Source: Dongiaceae bacterium
Lineage (GTDB): Bacteria > Pseudomonadota > Alphaproteobacteria > Dongiales > Dongiaceae
Assembly: GCA_040902645.1 (NCBI GenBank)
Contig: JBBDWW010000005.1
Location: 1 to 55,459 of the forward strand
Reading direction: 5' to 3'
Length of the DNA stretch: 55,459 nucleotides
Below, piece after piece: positions 35,670 through 45,319 of the stretch; within the stretch, counting starts at the first letter, position 1, and every line of letters starts with the position of its first letter. The notes under the pieces were generated by a model. The model saw nothing but the letters and a program-made list of their open reading frames with translations. It was not told the origin of the DNA and searched no databases. A program made the translations under genes and the position numbers.

Positions 35670-38039
35670 CTAGAGCGCCCCCAGCGCGCGGTCGAGAGCT
35701 TCGACCAGAATGTCGGCATGTTCCTTGCGGAAGGCGAGCGGCGGTCGGATCTTGAGCACATTGCCATGGGGGCCCTCGCGCCCGACCAGCACGCCGTTGT
35801 TGCGCATATGATTGATGACGCGCTTGGCCTCCTCCGGCGCGGGCTCCAGCGTCTTGCGGTCGCGCACCAGCTCGACACCGGTGAGCAGGCCGGAGCCGCG
35901 CACATCGCCGAGCCAGCGATGCTTGTTCATCAGCTCGCGCATCTTGCTGCGCTTGTATTCGCCGGTTTCCTGCGCGCGCGGCATCAGCCCTTCGCGCTCG
36001 ACCACATCCAGGACCGCCATCCCCGCGGCGCAGGCCACGGGATTGCCGCCGAATGTCGAGAAGAATCCAGTCGTTTCCCCGAACGCCTGGCGAATCTCCG
36101 GCCGGGTGACGGCGACGCCGAGCGCGATTCCATTGCCGATCGGCTTGCCGGTGGTGATGAAATCGGGAATGGCGCCGTGGGTTTCGATGCCCCACATATG
36201 CGTCCCCATGCGCCCGAAACCGCACTGCACCTCATCGGCGATGATCATGCCGCCGGCCGCACGCACCTTTTCGCAGACCAGCTTCAGGTAACCCGCCGGC
36301 ACGTTCGGAATGCCGTTCGAGGTGAAGCCGGAATCGATCATGAAGGCGGCAACGCCATAGCCGGCTTCCTGAAGCTCCCGGATCGCACGATCGGCATCGG
36401 CGGCATATTTGGCCGCGAGGTCACCATCGCCGTCCTTGTAGGGCCCGCGATACGGGTCCGGCCCGATCAGCGTCCGTACATGCGGCTGCAGCGGCCGCTT
36501 CTTGAGATCGTAGGGCGACAGCGCGTCGATCGATTCGGAAATGCCGTGATAGGCCGCTTCCATGACGAGGGCGCCGCGGTTGCCGGTCATCTGCTTGGCC
36601 ATGCGGAAGGCGGCGTCGTTTGCCTCGCTCCCGGAATTGACGAACAGACAGGCTTCAAGCCCCTTTGGCATGGTCGCCGTCAACCGCTCGGCGTAATCCA
36701 GAATGTTGCGATAGAGATACCGGGTGTTCGTGTTGAGGGCGGCCGCCTGGCGGGCGATCGCGCGCGCAACATGCGGATGGGCGTGCCCGACATGCGGCAC
36801 GTTGTTATAGGAATCGAGCAGCCGGGTCCCGTCGGCGGTAAAGAGCCACGGCCCCTCGCCGCGCACGACATGCACGGGGTTCTCATAGGAGAGCTCGAGC
36901 GTCTTGCCGAGAAAGCGTTCCCGCTTCTTCAGCAGGTCCTTCGTGTCGTCCGCGATGCCGGTTTCACCGGGTTTCGGGCAGTAAGCGGGGAAACGGCAGG
37001 CATCGCGCAGTGCCCGCCGCACCTTGTCGCGGCCCAATGTCATGAAAACATCGAGCGCGTGATGCGACGGCGCTTCGTAGGACTCGAGGTAGCCGGGCCC
37101 GCTCGGCTGGCTGTTGCGCCAGGCGATGATGACCAGGGTCAGGGCATAGCGCGCAAGGATGAGATCGTAAATGACATTGATCTCGTCCTCCTCGAGCGGG
37201 TTGACCGCGTCGTAACCGGCGACGATGGTGCAGATCGAGTCGATCAGATGGCGCTCTATCTTGGAAAGATCGGACGCGGTCACCGCCGGATCGGCCGCAA
37301 GCACGGTATGGATCATGTCGCCGAAATCTATGATACCGGCGACCTGCTCCGGATTCGCCGGATCGACCACCATATTGTTGCCGTTGGCATCGTTATGGAT
37401 GATCTGGCCGCGCAGCCGCGACAGGTTCGGCAGAACATCGGCGATGAAGGCGTCGAGCGCGCGCTCGACGCGGGCGCGGCCTTCCTGGTCCGCGATATGG
37501 TGGACATGCTGACACAGCCCGACGACCTGCGTGACATCCCAGAGCAGCGGGTGACGCGCCGCGGGATGGTGATAGCCGCGCAGCGCCTTCGCCAGGCGCG
37601 CGACCGCGCCGCCGGCATTGCGCAACAATGTCGGCGTGGGCGGCATGTCGCCCAGTTCCGTTCCTTCGATCCAGCTCACCGCACGAACGATGTGGCGCGC
37701 ACCGCCACCCATGTCCGCCCAGTCGAACGGCTCACCCTGCTTCGTATGCACGACCCGCGGCACGGGAAAGCCCGGGTCGGTCTGCGCGACATGGAGCAGC
37801 CCGCGCAACTGCAGGTCCACCACGCCGGGGTCTTCGTCGACATTGGCGATCTTGAAGACGAACCGTTCGCCGCGCGCCGTGGTGACCCGGAAATTCTGGT
37901 CGCGCTCCGAAACCAGGGGCTTGAACTCGCCCTCGAGGCCGAAGCTCCCGGCCGCGACGCGACGCACGAGATCCTCGGGGAAGGCCGGTGGATTGCGATC
38001 GAGGAACTTCACGTCGCCTTCCGGTTTGACCTCATTCAT
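35670..38039 (-). CDS. fusion protein: APH-type phosphotransferase (hydroxylysine-kinase-like) plus class-III aminotransferase-fold PLP enzyme (phospho-lyase-like)
   Basis: Lies within the track ORF 35670..38150. ATG 38039 is preceded by GGGAGAG. The kinase half has IIHNDANGNNMVV and IIDFGD. The PLP half has DEVQCGFGRMG and TTGKPIGNG, matching the GKPMGNG signature I recall for AGXT2L-type phospho-lyases. Confidence 0.8.
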   Translation of the reverse strand: MNEVKPEGDVKFLDRNPPAFPEDLVRRVAAGSFGLEGEFKPLVSERDQNFRVTTARGERFVFKIANVDEDPGVVDLQLRGLLHVAQTDPGFPVPRVVHTKQGEPFDWADMGGGARHIVRAVSWIEGTELGDMPPTPTLLRNAGGAVARLAKALRGYHHPAARHPLLWDVTQVVGLCQHVHHIADQEGRARVERALDAFIADVLPNLSRLRGQIIHNDANGNNMVVDPANPEQVAGIIDFGDMIHTVLAADPAVTASDLSKIERHLIDSICTIVAGYDAVNPLEEDEINVIYDLILARYALTLVIIAWRNSQPSGPGYLESYEAPSHHALDVFMTLGRDKVRRALRDACRFPAYCPKPGETGIADDTKDLLKKRERFLGKTLELSYENPVHVVRGEGPWLFTADGTRLLDSYNNVPHVGHAHPHVARAIARQAAALNTNTRYLYRNILDYAERLTATMPKGLEACLFVNSGSEANDAAFRMAKQMTGNRGALVMEAAYHGISESIDALSPYDLKKRPLQPHVRTLIGPDPYRGPYKDGDGDLAAKYAADADRAIRELQEAGYGVAAFMIDSGFTSNGIPNVPAGYLKLVCEKVRAAGGMIIADEVQCGFGRMGTHMWGIETHGAIPDFITTGKPIGNGIALGVAVTRPEIRQAFGETTGFFSTFGGNPVACAAGMAVLDVVEREGLMPRAQETGEYKRSKMRELMNKHRWLGDVRGSGLLTGVELVRDRKTLEPAPEEAKRVINHMRNNGVLVGREGPHGNVLKIRPPLAFRKEHADILVEALDRALGAL

Positions 38040-38312
38040 GTGTCTCTCCCGCTGGCCCGCGCCGGGCTTTTTCCCGCAAATTCGCCCCGGTCGACCGGTT
38101 CGAGGCGAGAGGCTAGCGGGACGACGGGAGGGGATCAATCGGGGCGGCAACTATTTCTCGAGACACGATCGCCCGGCCCTCGCGCGGCTGCCATCGCCGA
38201 TCCGGCGCGCCTGTCGAACTATCGCATTGTCGGCGCTTCGCCGATCACTTTAGAATCGCTTGGTTGCGTCAAACCGCGGTGCGCACAGACTTGGTGGAGA
38301 ATCGGATGAGCA

Positions 38313-39719
38313 TTGGCGTCGGAGGAGGCATCGAGACGTGGCACCGATAACTGCCAGCGCGTTCAAGACGGGCGCGTTGGCACCGTGACGAGCGTCTTCC
38401 GCAATCTCGCCGCTTATTTTGCGCTCGCGCGTTCCGGTTCCTTCGATGGCCGGTTCTACCGCGTTTGCTTCCCCGATTCGAGCGCCGGCCGCGTCACGCC
38501 GCTATGGCCTTTTCTGACGATCGGATGGCGCGAGGGACGATGGCCAAACCCGTCCTTCGACATGACGCGGTTCCTCGCTGACAATCCGGCATTGAAGGCT
38601 CAATCCGGATTTCCGCTGGCACCCTTTCTTGCGGAAGACGCCCGCCTGAAAGACGAACGGGCAAGGCGTCTGCCCGCGATCGATCCGCTGGCCGACGGCA
38701 CGCACGATCTCGATGACCTGCCGATCAGACTGACGATGCTGTCCGACGCGGAGCGACGGATCCTGCTTCGTCATCTGCTCGCCTATGAACTCCTGCCATC
38801 GAGCTCGACCCTCCGATCGGAACCCTTAACGGACATCGCGAGCGACCAGGCGATCGATCGCATCGCCCAGCGATCGCGCCCGCGAACCCAGGATCGACCG
38901 GATGTGTCGATCGTCATTCCGGTCTACGGCCAGGAACGGCTGGCGTTGAGCTGCATCGAATCGATCCTGCGCTGGGACTACCGGCGCCGCTTCGAGATCG
39001 TCGTCGCCGACGATGCGAGCCCGACGGGGTTCCCGATGAAGCTTTATGGGCTGCCAGGCATAACGCTGTTTCGGCACGAGACGAATCGAGGATATCTGCA
39101 TAGCTGCAACGGCGCCGCAGCCGTTGCCCGAGGCCGTTACCTCATATTTCTGAATAGCGACACGATCGTGCTGCCGAACTGGCTCGATGCGTTGATCGAC
39201 ACCCTCGACATGGTCCCGGGTGCGGGCCTGGTCGGATCCCGGCTGCTGTTTGCCGATGGACGATTGCAGGAGGCAGGTGCCGCCGTCCGGGAAGACGGGA
39301 CGATCCTGAACTATGGCCGATGGCAGGACGCCAACGATCCCGCGTTCAATGTTCAAAGAGAGGTGGATTACTGTACGGGCGCGTCGATCGCGTTGCGAAA
39401 GACGCTCTGGGACGCGCTGGGCGGGTTCGATGCGCGATATGTCCCGGCTTATTACGAAGACACCGATCTTGCCTTCCGCGTGCGCGAACACGGCCAACGC
39501 GTGCTGTATCAGCCGTTATCGACCGTCATTCATTTCGAGGGGCAGTCGTCGCAATCTCATCCCGACGGCAGCGTGAAACGGCGGTATCAGGAGATCAACC
39601 GCAACCGCTTTCTCGCTCGGTGGAAGAACGCCATCGAAGATCGCGGAAACGCGGGAAGCGGACGCTCAGACCTTGAGGGTGGTCGCGTTCAGCAACGGAT
39701 CGAGCGCGACTCTCAGTAG
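38313..39719 (+). CDS. family 2 glycosyltransferase
   Basis: Track ORF of 468 aa. The GT2 core is VSIVIPVYGQ...VVADDASP...FLNSDT...YYEDTDLAFR. The start is uncertain, either TTG 38313 or GTG 38385. Confidence 0.8.
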   Translation: MASEEASRRGTDNCQRVQDGRVGTVTSVFRNLAAYFALARSGSFDGRFYRVCFPDSSAGRVTPLWPFLTIGWREGRWPNPSFDMTRFLADNPALKAQSGFPLAPFLAEDARLKDERARRLPAIDPLADGTHDLDDLPIRLTMLSDAERRILLRHLLAYELLPSSSTLRSEPLTDIASDQAIDRIAQRSRPRTQDRPDVSIVIPVYGQERLALSCIESILRWDYRRRFEIVVADDASPTGFPMKLYGLPGITLFRHETNRGYLHSCNGAAAVARGRYLIFLNSDTIVLPNWLDALIDTLDMVPGAGLVGSRLLFADGRLQEAGAAVREDGTILNYGRWQDANDPAFNVQREVDYCTGASIALRKTLWDALGGFDARYVPAYYEDTDLAFRVREHGQRVLYQPLSTVIHFEGQSSQSHPDGSVKRRYQEINRNRFLARWKNAIEDRGNAGSGRSDLEGGRVQQRIERDSQ

Positions 39720-40045
39720 AAGGTCCGGACGAAGCGAAGATCCCGATCCAGCGGATCCCGCTCGTCGAGCATGCCGAAGCGCAAATATCGCGGATCGCTC
39801 TGATCGTTGCGATCACGATTACGATTCAGATCGCGATTCCAATCGCCGCCATCGTTGAGATCGCGGAGCATATTGTCCCATTGCTCGTGCTTGCGCTCAT
39901 TGTCGCGATCCCGATCGCGATCGTTATCGTCCTTCCACTCCCAGCGATTGTCGTCGTCGTCATTGTCGGCGAACGCCAGCGGGGTAGCGGTCAAGAAAAG
40001 TGCCACCGCGGCCGCCAAGAACACCGGAACGGACAAGCGAGTCAT
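39713..40045 (-). CDS. secreted Asp/Arg/Asn/Trp-rich low-complexity protein (hypothetical)
   Basis: Lies within the track ORF 39713..40054. ATG 40045 is preceded by AAGGAG. The signal peptide is MTRLSVPVFLAAAVALFLTATPLAFA. It is followed by DNDDDDNRWEWKDDNDRDRDRDNERKHEQWDN... Confidence 0.55.
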   Translation of the reverse strand: MTRLSVPVFLAAAVALFLTATPLAFADNDDDDNRWEWKDDNDRDRDRDNERKHEQWDNMLRDLNDGGDWNRDLNRNRDRNDQSDPRYLRFGMLDERDPLDRDLRFVRTFY

Positions 40046-40109
40046 GATTAGCACTCCTTGTTAATGTTGCGATGCTGTCGGCGGCCGAGGATGGCGTTCA
40101 TAATGTGGC

Positions 40110-40538
40110 TTAGCCTTCTTCGTTTTCCTTGCGATCGTCCGGGCTCAGTACGCCGTCGCCGTTCTGATCGAACCGCGTAAACATCCGCTCGGCAGCGGCT
40201 TCGAATTCGGCGCGCGTCGCGTTGCCGTCTTCGTCGCTATCGAGCTTGCTAAAGTCCGGACCGCGGCGTTCGCTGCCATGCTCTTCACGAAATTGCGCAA
40301 TGGCTTCGTCGAACTCGGTCTGAGTAACGACGCCGTTGCTATCGGCGTCGAGCTTGGCGAACCAGTCGTCTCGGCCGGTCGTGAACTCGTCCCGGTCGAT
40401 CGCTCCGTCCGCGTTCGAATCATAGCGTTCCAGCATCTTGGCCCGATGATCGTCCGACCCGCTGCCGGCGGCGGCCGAGAGGCTGACACCCGCGGCAGCG
40501 GCCGCAAAAACAGCGGCCATAAGGATTGCTCGGTTCAA
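40110..40538 (-). CDS. secreted EF-hand calcium-binding protein (four EF loops)
   Basis: Track ORF of 142 aa. The TTG start is preceded by AAGGAG. It has a signal peptide and the loops DSNADGAIDRDEF, DADSNGVVTQTEF, DSDEDGNATRAEF and DQNGDGVLSPDD. Confidence 0.8.
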   Translation of the reverse strand: MNRAILMAAVFAAAAAGVSLSAAAGSGSDDHRAKMLERYDSNADGAIDRDEFTTGRDDWFAKLDADSNGVVTQTEFDEAIAQFREEHGSERRGPDFSKLDSDEDGNATRAEFEAAAERMFTRFDQNGDGVLSPDDRKENEEG

Positions 40539-40696
40539 AAGATTTCTCCTTCTAGATTGGTCGATGCGCGTTACCGCATCTCCCTTTCACTAACCCGAAG
40601 GTAAAACCCTGCGCTTATCTCTTATGTAGGTAGCTGGACGATTAAAAGAAGTGCGGGCGCGCCAGCCGCCCAGGACCGGCCGGCGCCGCCTCGCGT

Positions 40697-40774
40697 CTAA
40701 AGTACGCCGAACAGATAAAGTAAAATGATGACGGGGATCGGAATGCCGATTAGCCACAACAAAACACCGCGCAT
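40697..40774 (-). CDS. 25-aa hydrophobic micro-protein (hypothetical)
   Basis: Not in the track because it is too short. The ATG at 40774..40772 is preceded by GAGAGGG. The sequence is MRGVLLWLIGIPIPVIILLYLFGVL, ending at a TAG. A GC-rich hairpin and a T-run (ACTTCTTTTAAT) follow. Confidence 0.4.
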   Translation of the reverse strand: MRGVLLWLIGIPIPVIILLYLFGVL

Positions 40775-40993
40775 GACGAAGGCCCTCTCTTCAGGTTACG
40801 CATACGGAGGGAACCGATCGGCGTCCCGCCCCGCGCCGGCGGATGCCCGTCCGGCTGCGTACCGCCGCTATCCCCATCCGCCTGAGAATGAGAGATGGGG
40901 CGGGACACGCGCCGAACCAACGCCAGCCACGCTTTTGCCACGCGAGACGACGGCGGATGCGTAGAGGGGCTTTATTGCGTAACGGGACTTGTC

Positions 40994-42271
40994 TTAGATC
41001 AAAGGTTCGCGGTTGCGCCGCTCGCGCACCCGGATGAGCCCACCGAGCAGCGCTTCGAGATTGCCCCAGAACCCGTTCTTCACGGCCATGCGCCAGCGCC
41101 GAAGCCGGGTAAAGCGCGGTACCGGCTCCGCCGACATACGAAGCGCCAGTACGCGAGCGGGCCCCGCGATTTTGCGGGTGCGATGATCGTCATGCATCGC
41201 CAAGAACTCCGCGAGACCGATCGGAGCGAGTTCGATCGCACCCGCCGCGGCCGCTTCGGCCACCAGCCGCTCGCCTTTGGCGGTACGGGCGACGAACACG
41301 TTCTGACCCGGCGCTTCCTTGTGCACCGGCTTACCGCCTTCCATCACCCAGCCATCCGGACAGGCGACATCGGACAGCTCACCGATCGCATCGGGGCAAA
41401 TCTTGCAGCGATATTGAATGTCGTAGCTCCACGGAACCCCCGCATCGAACCAGACTTTGTCGTAAGTGAGTTCGTGAACGGCGCCGCTTTTCGTCCGGAC
41501 ATGGGTCGGGCCCGGCCAGCCCTCCCCGCGCCAGCGGAAAATTTCGACCTCGTCGGGCGCAACACCGACATAGGCGGCGATCTTGCGCGCGGTATGGAGG
41601 GTCGGGACGCCGCCGCAGAAATTCGTGATGAGATAGGGGATCTGCGCATCGACGCGCGGATCGATCCTGGCGAGGTTGCGAATCGCGGCGACATCGCAGG
41701 GCTTGGCGGCGACTGCGAACCGACAGCCTTCATCGAGCAGGCGATGCACGTGAACGAGGGGTGCTGCCGGGCCGTAACGCGATTGCGCGCCGGATACGAC
41801 CTCCTCGCGGCTGCGGCTCACCTGCGCCTCCGTCAGCATCGGCTGATCCGTGGACGCGCGAACATGCAGGATCGCGTCGACCGCGTTCGTTTCGAGCAAA
41901 TGGATCGAGAGCGCGGTCATCCCGCCGCCGGCAGCCGCTCGACGGCGAACGGCCGGATCCCCGGCCCAGCCGCGATGCAAGGTCCGGATCGGCCCATAGA
42001 TCGAATCCATGTGTCCGGCCTCGCCTGCATTGGCGGGATCCGGCCCTTCGATGCGAATGCCGGGGCAGACCGCGCGGATTGCATCCATCGTCGTCTCGTC
42101 GACTGGCGCTTTGACGACGGGCCGGATCTGCCCGTAGGACGTGATCGTCATTTCGACGCGCGTTTTTCCGGCGAGGCTCTCGCACAAGCCACAACCCGCG
42201 CAGAGCCCGTGCGCGACGATCGTCGGCAGATCGATCCCGGATCCCGCGCGAGTGGGCGACGCTCCCGTCAT
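40994..42271 (-). CDS. FrhB-family (coenzyme F420 hydrogenase/dehydrogenase beta-like) flavo-iron-sulfur protein
   Basis: Lies within the track ORF 40994..42544. ATG 42271 lies 14 nt after the ABC ATPase stop. Features: CAGCGLCESL near the N-terminus, AAKPCDVAAIRNL, NFCGGVP and CKICPDAIGELSDVACPD. Confidence 0.7.
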   Translation of the reverse strand: MTGASPTRAGSGIDLPTIVAHGLCAGCGLCESLAGKTRVEMTITSYGQIRPVVKAPVDETTMDAIRAVCPGIRIEGPDPANAGEAGHMDSIYGPIRTLHRGWAGDPAVRRRAAAGGGMTALSIHLLETNAVDAILHVRASTDQPMLTEAQVSRSREEVVSGAQSRYGPAAPLVHVHRLLDEGCRFAVAAKPCDVAAIRNLARIDPRVDAQIPYLITNFCGGVPTLHTARKIAAYVGVAPDEVEIFRWRGEGWPGPTHVRTKSGAVHELTYDKVWFDAGVPWSYDIQYRCKICPDAIGELSDVACPDGWVMEGGKPVHKEAPGQNVFVARTAKGERLVAEAAAAGAIELAPIGLAEFLAMHDDHRTRKIAGPARVLALRMSAEPVPRFTRLRRWRMAVKNGFWGNLEALLGGLIRVRERRNREPLI

Positions 42272-42285
42272 TTTATCCAATCTTG

Positions 42286-44364
42286 CTAGTCGGTCAGCGG
42301 GAAGTGGCAGCGGATGATGCGGCCATCCTCGAGCGGCCGATCGAGCGGCTCTTCGACCCGGCAACGATCCTGCGCATAGGGGCAGCGCGGATGGAACTCG
42401 CAGCCGGAAGGTCGGCGCGCGAGGCTCGGTACTTCGCCTTCGATCGATACAAGGCTCCGCCTCTTCTCGGGATCGGGCCGCGGAATGCCCTTCACCAGCG
42501 CCTCGGTATACGGATGCGCGGGCCGGGCAAAGATGCGGTCGCAATTGCCATACTCGACGATGCGGCCGAGATACATGATTGCCAGCCGGTCGGCAATATG
42601 CCGCACCACCGGCAGATTATGCGTGATAATCATGTAGCTGAGCCCGTGCGTGCGCTGCAACTCGCCCATCAGATTGAGAATTTCGCCCTGCACCGATACG
42701 TCAAGCCCGGCGGTCGGCTCGTCGGCGAGGATGAGCTGCGGCTGCAGTGCGAGCGCGCGGGCGACGCCGACGCGCCGTGCCTGCCCACCCGACAATTCAT
42801 GCGGATAGCGCGAGAGGAAGTTGCGCGGGAAGCGCACCATGTCGCAGAGCCGTTCGGCTTCGCGATAGCGATCCTCGACCGGCACGCGATGGATATCGAA
42901 CGGCTCGGTCATCAAAGAGAGCACCGTCTGGCGCGGGCTGAGCGAACCGACCGGGTCCTGGAACATCATCGCCATGTCGCGGCGGAGCGGTTTGAAGGCC
43001 GCCGCCGACAGGCCGGTCAGTTCGCGGCCGCGATAGGCGACGCTGCCCGAATGCGTCCTGACCAGACCGAGAATCGCCCGCGCTGCCGTCGTCTTGCCGG
43101 AACCGCTTTCGCCAACCACGCCCAGCGTTTCGCCGCGTTCGAGCTCGAAACTGATATTGCGCACCGCATCGACGAAGGGATCGGCAACACCGGCGAGGCG
43201 CGCCCGCAGCGCGCCCATCGAGCGGAACCGCACGCGCAGATGATCGACCTTGAGCATCGGCCCTTCGCCGCTTGCCGCCGTGCCGGATTTGAGCGGTGCC
43301 GGCGCCGCGGCGAACACGGCTGCTTCCCGGCTCGGCGGATCGGGCTCGTACAATGTTATCTCGCCGATCGGCGGCGGCCAGTTCGGATCGCCTTTTTCGG
43401 GATGCAGCAGATGGCAGCGCGCATCATGCCCCTCGCCGGCATCGTAAAGCGGCGGCATAACGGTGAGGCACATATCGAAAACCTTGGGGCAGCGCGGTGC
43501 GAAGACGCAACCGGCCGGTAGATTGCGCAGATCGGGGAGATCGCCGGCAATGGTCGGCAGCAGGCGCGAGCGCTCGAGAACGCGCGCCGGATCGCATTCG
43601 ATCAGAGCGCGGGTATAGGGATGCCGCGCATTATAGAAAATCTGCCGAACATCGCCGCGCTCGACGACCTCGCCGGCATACATGACCACCACCTCGTCGC
43701 AGAGTTGGGCGATCAGCCCGAGATTATGCGAGACCACGACCAGCGTCGCCTGCAGCTCGGCCTGCAGCGAGCGCATCAGATGCATGATCTGCGCTTCCAT
43801 CGTCACGTCGAGCGCGGTCGTCGGCTCGTCGGCGATCAGCAGGAACGGGTCCATCATCAGCGCCATCGCGATCGAGATACGCTGGCGCATGCCGCCGCTG
43901 AACTGGTGCGGATAGCTGCGGATGCGCATTTCCGGATCGGCGATCCCGACCCGGCGCATCATCGCGATCGCCAGCTTGCGCTTCTCGGCGACCGACAGAT
44001 TGCGGCGCCGATAGAGGATATCCAGCATCTGCTGACCGTAGGTCAGCACCGGTATCTGCGAGGTCATCGGATCCTGGAAAATGACCGACACTTCCTCGCC
44101 GCGATAGGCGCGCAATGCGGCCTCGTCGAAGCCGAGCACGTCCTTGCCGCCGAAATCGATCTCACCGCCGGTCACCACCGCATTCCCGGCCAGAAGCCGT
44201 AGCACGGTCCAGATCACCGTACTCTTGCCCGAACCGCTCTCGCCGACGATGCCGAGGATCTTGCCCTTCGGCACGTCGAGATCGACATGGCGCAGCGCGT
44301 GGACGCGGCCGCCCGGCGTACGGAAATCGACGCTGAGATCGCGGATCGCGAGCTGGGTTTCCAT
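42286..44364 (-). CDS. fused double ATP-binding subunit of a peptide/opine-type ABC importer (DppD-DppF-like)
   Basis: Track ORF of 692 aa. It has two Walker A motifs (GESGSGKST and GESGSGKTT) and two signature motifs (FSGGMRQR and LSGGQARR). Confidence 0.9.
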   Translation of the reverse strand: METQLAIRDLSVDFRTPGGRVHALRHVDLDVPKGKILGIVGESGSGKSTVIWTVLRLLAGNAVVTGGEIDFGGKDVLGFDEAALRAYRGEEVSVIFQDPMTSQIPVLTYGQQMLDILYRRRNLSVAEKRKLAIAMMRRVGIADPEMRIRSYPHQFSGGMRQRISIAMALMMDPFLLIADEPTTALDVTMEAQIMHLMRSLQAELQATLVVVSHNLGLIAQLCDEVVVMYAGEVVERGDVRQIFYNARHPYTRALIECDPARVLERSRLLPTIAGDLPDLRNLPAGCVFAPRCPKVFDMCLTVMPPLYDAGEGHDARCHLLHPEKGDPNWPPPIGEITLYEPDPPSREAAVFAAAPAPLKSGTAASGEGPMLKVDHLRVRFRSMGALRARLAGVADPFVDAVRNISFELERGETLGVVGESGSGKTTAARAILGLVRTHSGSVAYRGRELTGLSAAAFKPLRRDMAMMFQDPVGSLSPRQTVLSLMTEPFDIHRVPVEDRYREAERLCDMVRFPRNFLSRYPHELSGGQARRVGVARALALQPQLILADEPTAGLDVSVQGEILNLMGELQRTHGLSYMIITHNLPVVRHIADRLAIMYLGRIVEYGNCDRIFARPAHPYTEALVKGIPRPDPEKRRSLVSIEGEVPSLARRPSGCEFHPRCPYAQDRCRVEEPLDRPLEDGRIIRCHFPLTD

Positions 44365-44368
44365 CCGC

Positions 44369-45319
44369 TCAGCGTCCCTTGCGCAAACGCGGATCGAACA
44401 CGTCGCGCAGCGCTTCGCCGAGGAAGGTGAAACCGAGTGTGGTCAGCACTAGCGGTATGCCACCGGCGATCACCAGCCAGGGCGTTTCTCGAATGGCGAG
44501 GTAACCCTCGTTGAGAATGGTGCCCCAGCTTGCCTGCGGCGGCAGCACGCCGAGACCGAGGAAGCTGAGCCCTGCTTCAACCGTCACGACCACGGGCACG
44601 TCCATGGCGCCGAGAATCAGCAGTGGCCCGACCACGTTCGGCATGATGTGCCTCGCCATGATGCGCCCGGTGCTGGCGCCCAGCGATTGCTCGGCCGTGA
44701 TAAACTCGGCATTCTTGAGCGCGAGTGTGCTGGTGCGGACCAGACGCGCATAGCCCGGCACGGACGTGACGATGATGATGATCAGCACCAGCTCGAGGCT
44801 GGGCCCGGTGACCGCGACGACCGCGAGCGCCAGCACGATGACCGGGAAGGCGCGCACGGTATCGAAAATCAGCAGCAGCAGGCTATCGAGCCAGCGCGGG
44901 CCATAGCCGGAAATGATGCCGAGTGCGATTCCGAGCGCGAGCGACGCCGAAACGCCGATCGCGGCGATCTTGAGCGCGACCCGCCCACCGAACAGCACGC
45001 GCGAAAACGTGTCGCGGCCAAGCTGATCGGTGCCGGCGAGGTGGGCCCAGCTTGGGCCCTGCAGACGGGCGGGAATGTCGAGGGCGTTGGGATCGTAGGG
45101 CGCGATCCACGGCGCGAATATCGCGCTCGCAAAGAACAGCAGAACCAGAATGAGCCCGAACATGCCCGGGCCGTTCTGCAGAAAGGACAGCAGCTTTTCG
45201 CGCCGCTCGCTGAAGCGGCGTTCAACCGGTGCCGGCGGGGCGACCGCGAGATCAGAGGGATTCGCGGACACGGGGATCCAGCTTTGCAACCACGAGGTCG
45301 GCAACGAGCGTAACGACAA
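44369..45319 (-). CDS. ABC permease (DppC/OppC-like)
   Basis: Track ORF of 316 aa. It has the N-terminal APWIAPYDP motif and a permease core. Start ATG 45319 overlaps the upstream gene by 68 nt. The alternative GTG 45271 overlaps it by 20 nt. Confidence 0.85.
   Translation of the reverse strand: MSLRSLPTSWLQSWIPVSANPSDLAVAPPAPVERRFSERREKLLSFLQNGPGMFGLILVLLFFASAIFAPWIAPYDPNALDIPARLQGPSWAHLAGTDQLGRDTFSRVLFGGRVALKIAAIGVSASLALGIALGIISGYGPRWLDSLLLLIFDTVRAFPVIVLALAVVAVTGPSLELVLIIIIVTSVPGYARLVRTSTLALKNAEFITAEQSLGASTGRIMARHIMPNVVGPLLILGAMDVPVVVTVEAGLSFLGLGVLPPQASWGTILNEGYLAIRETPWLVIAGGIPLVLTTLGFTFLGEALRDVFDPRLRKGR

Noticed and set aside
33610-38309. Very long ORFs: 33610..36225 (minus, 871 aa) and 35205..38309 (plus, 1034 aa)
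   Set aside because: Both are Arg/Gly/Ala-rich with no recognisable motifs. They overlap, out of frame or antisense, genes with strong family signatures (BenE, ATC-hydrolase-like, and the kinase/PLP fusion). The same reasoning rejects 3557..5032, 12834..14159, 14768..16315, 17837..19216, 20406..21608, 24053..25429, 40895..42289, 42283..43521, 45150..46319, 46364..47533 and 48194..49630.
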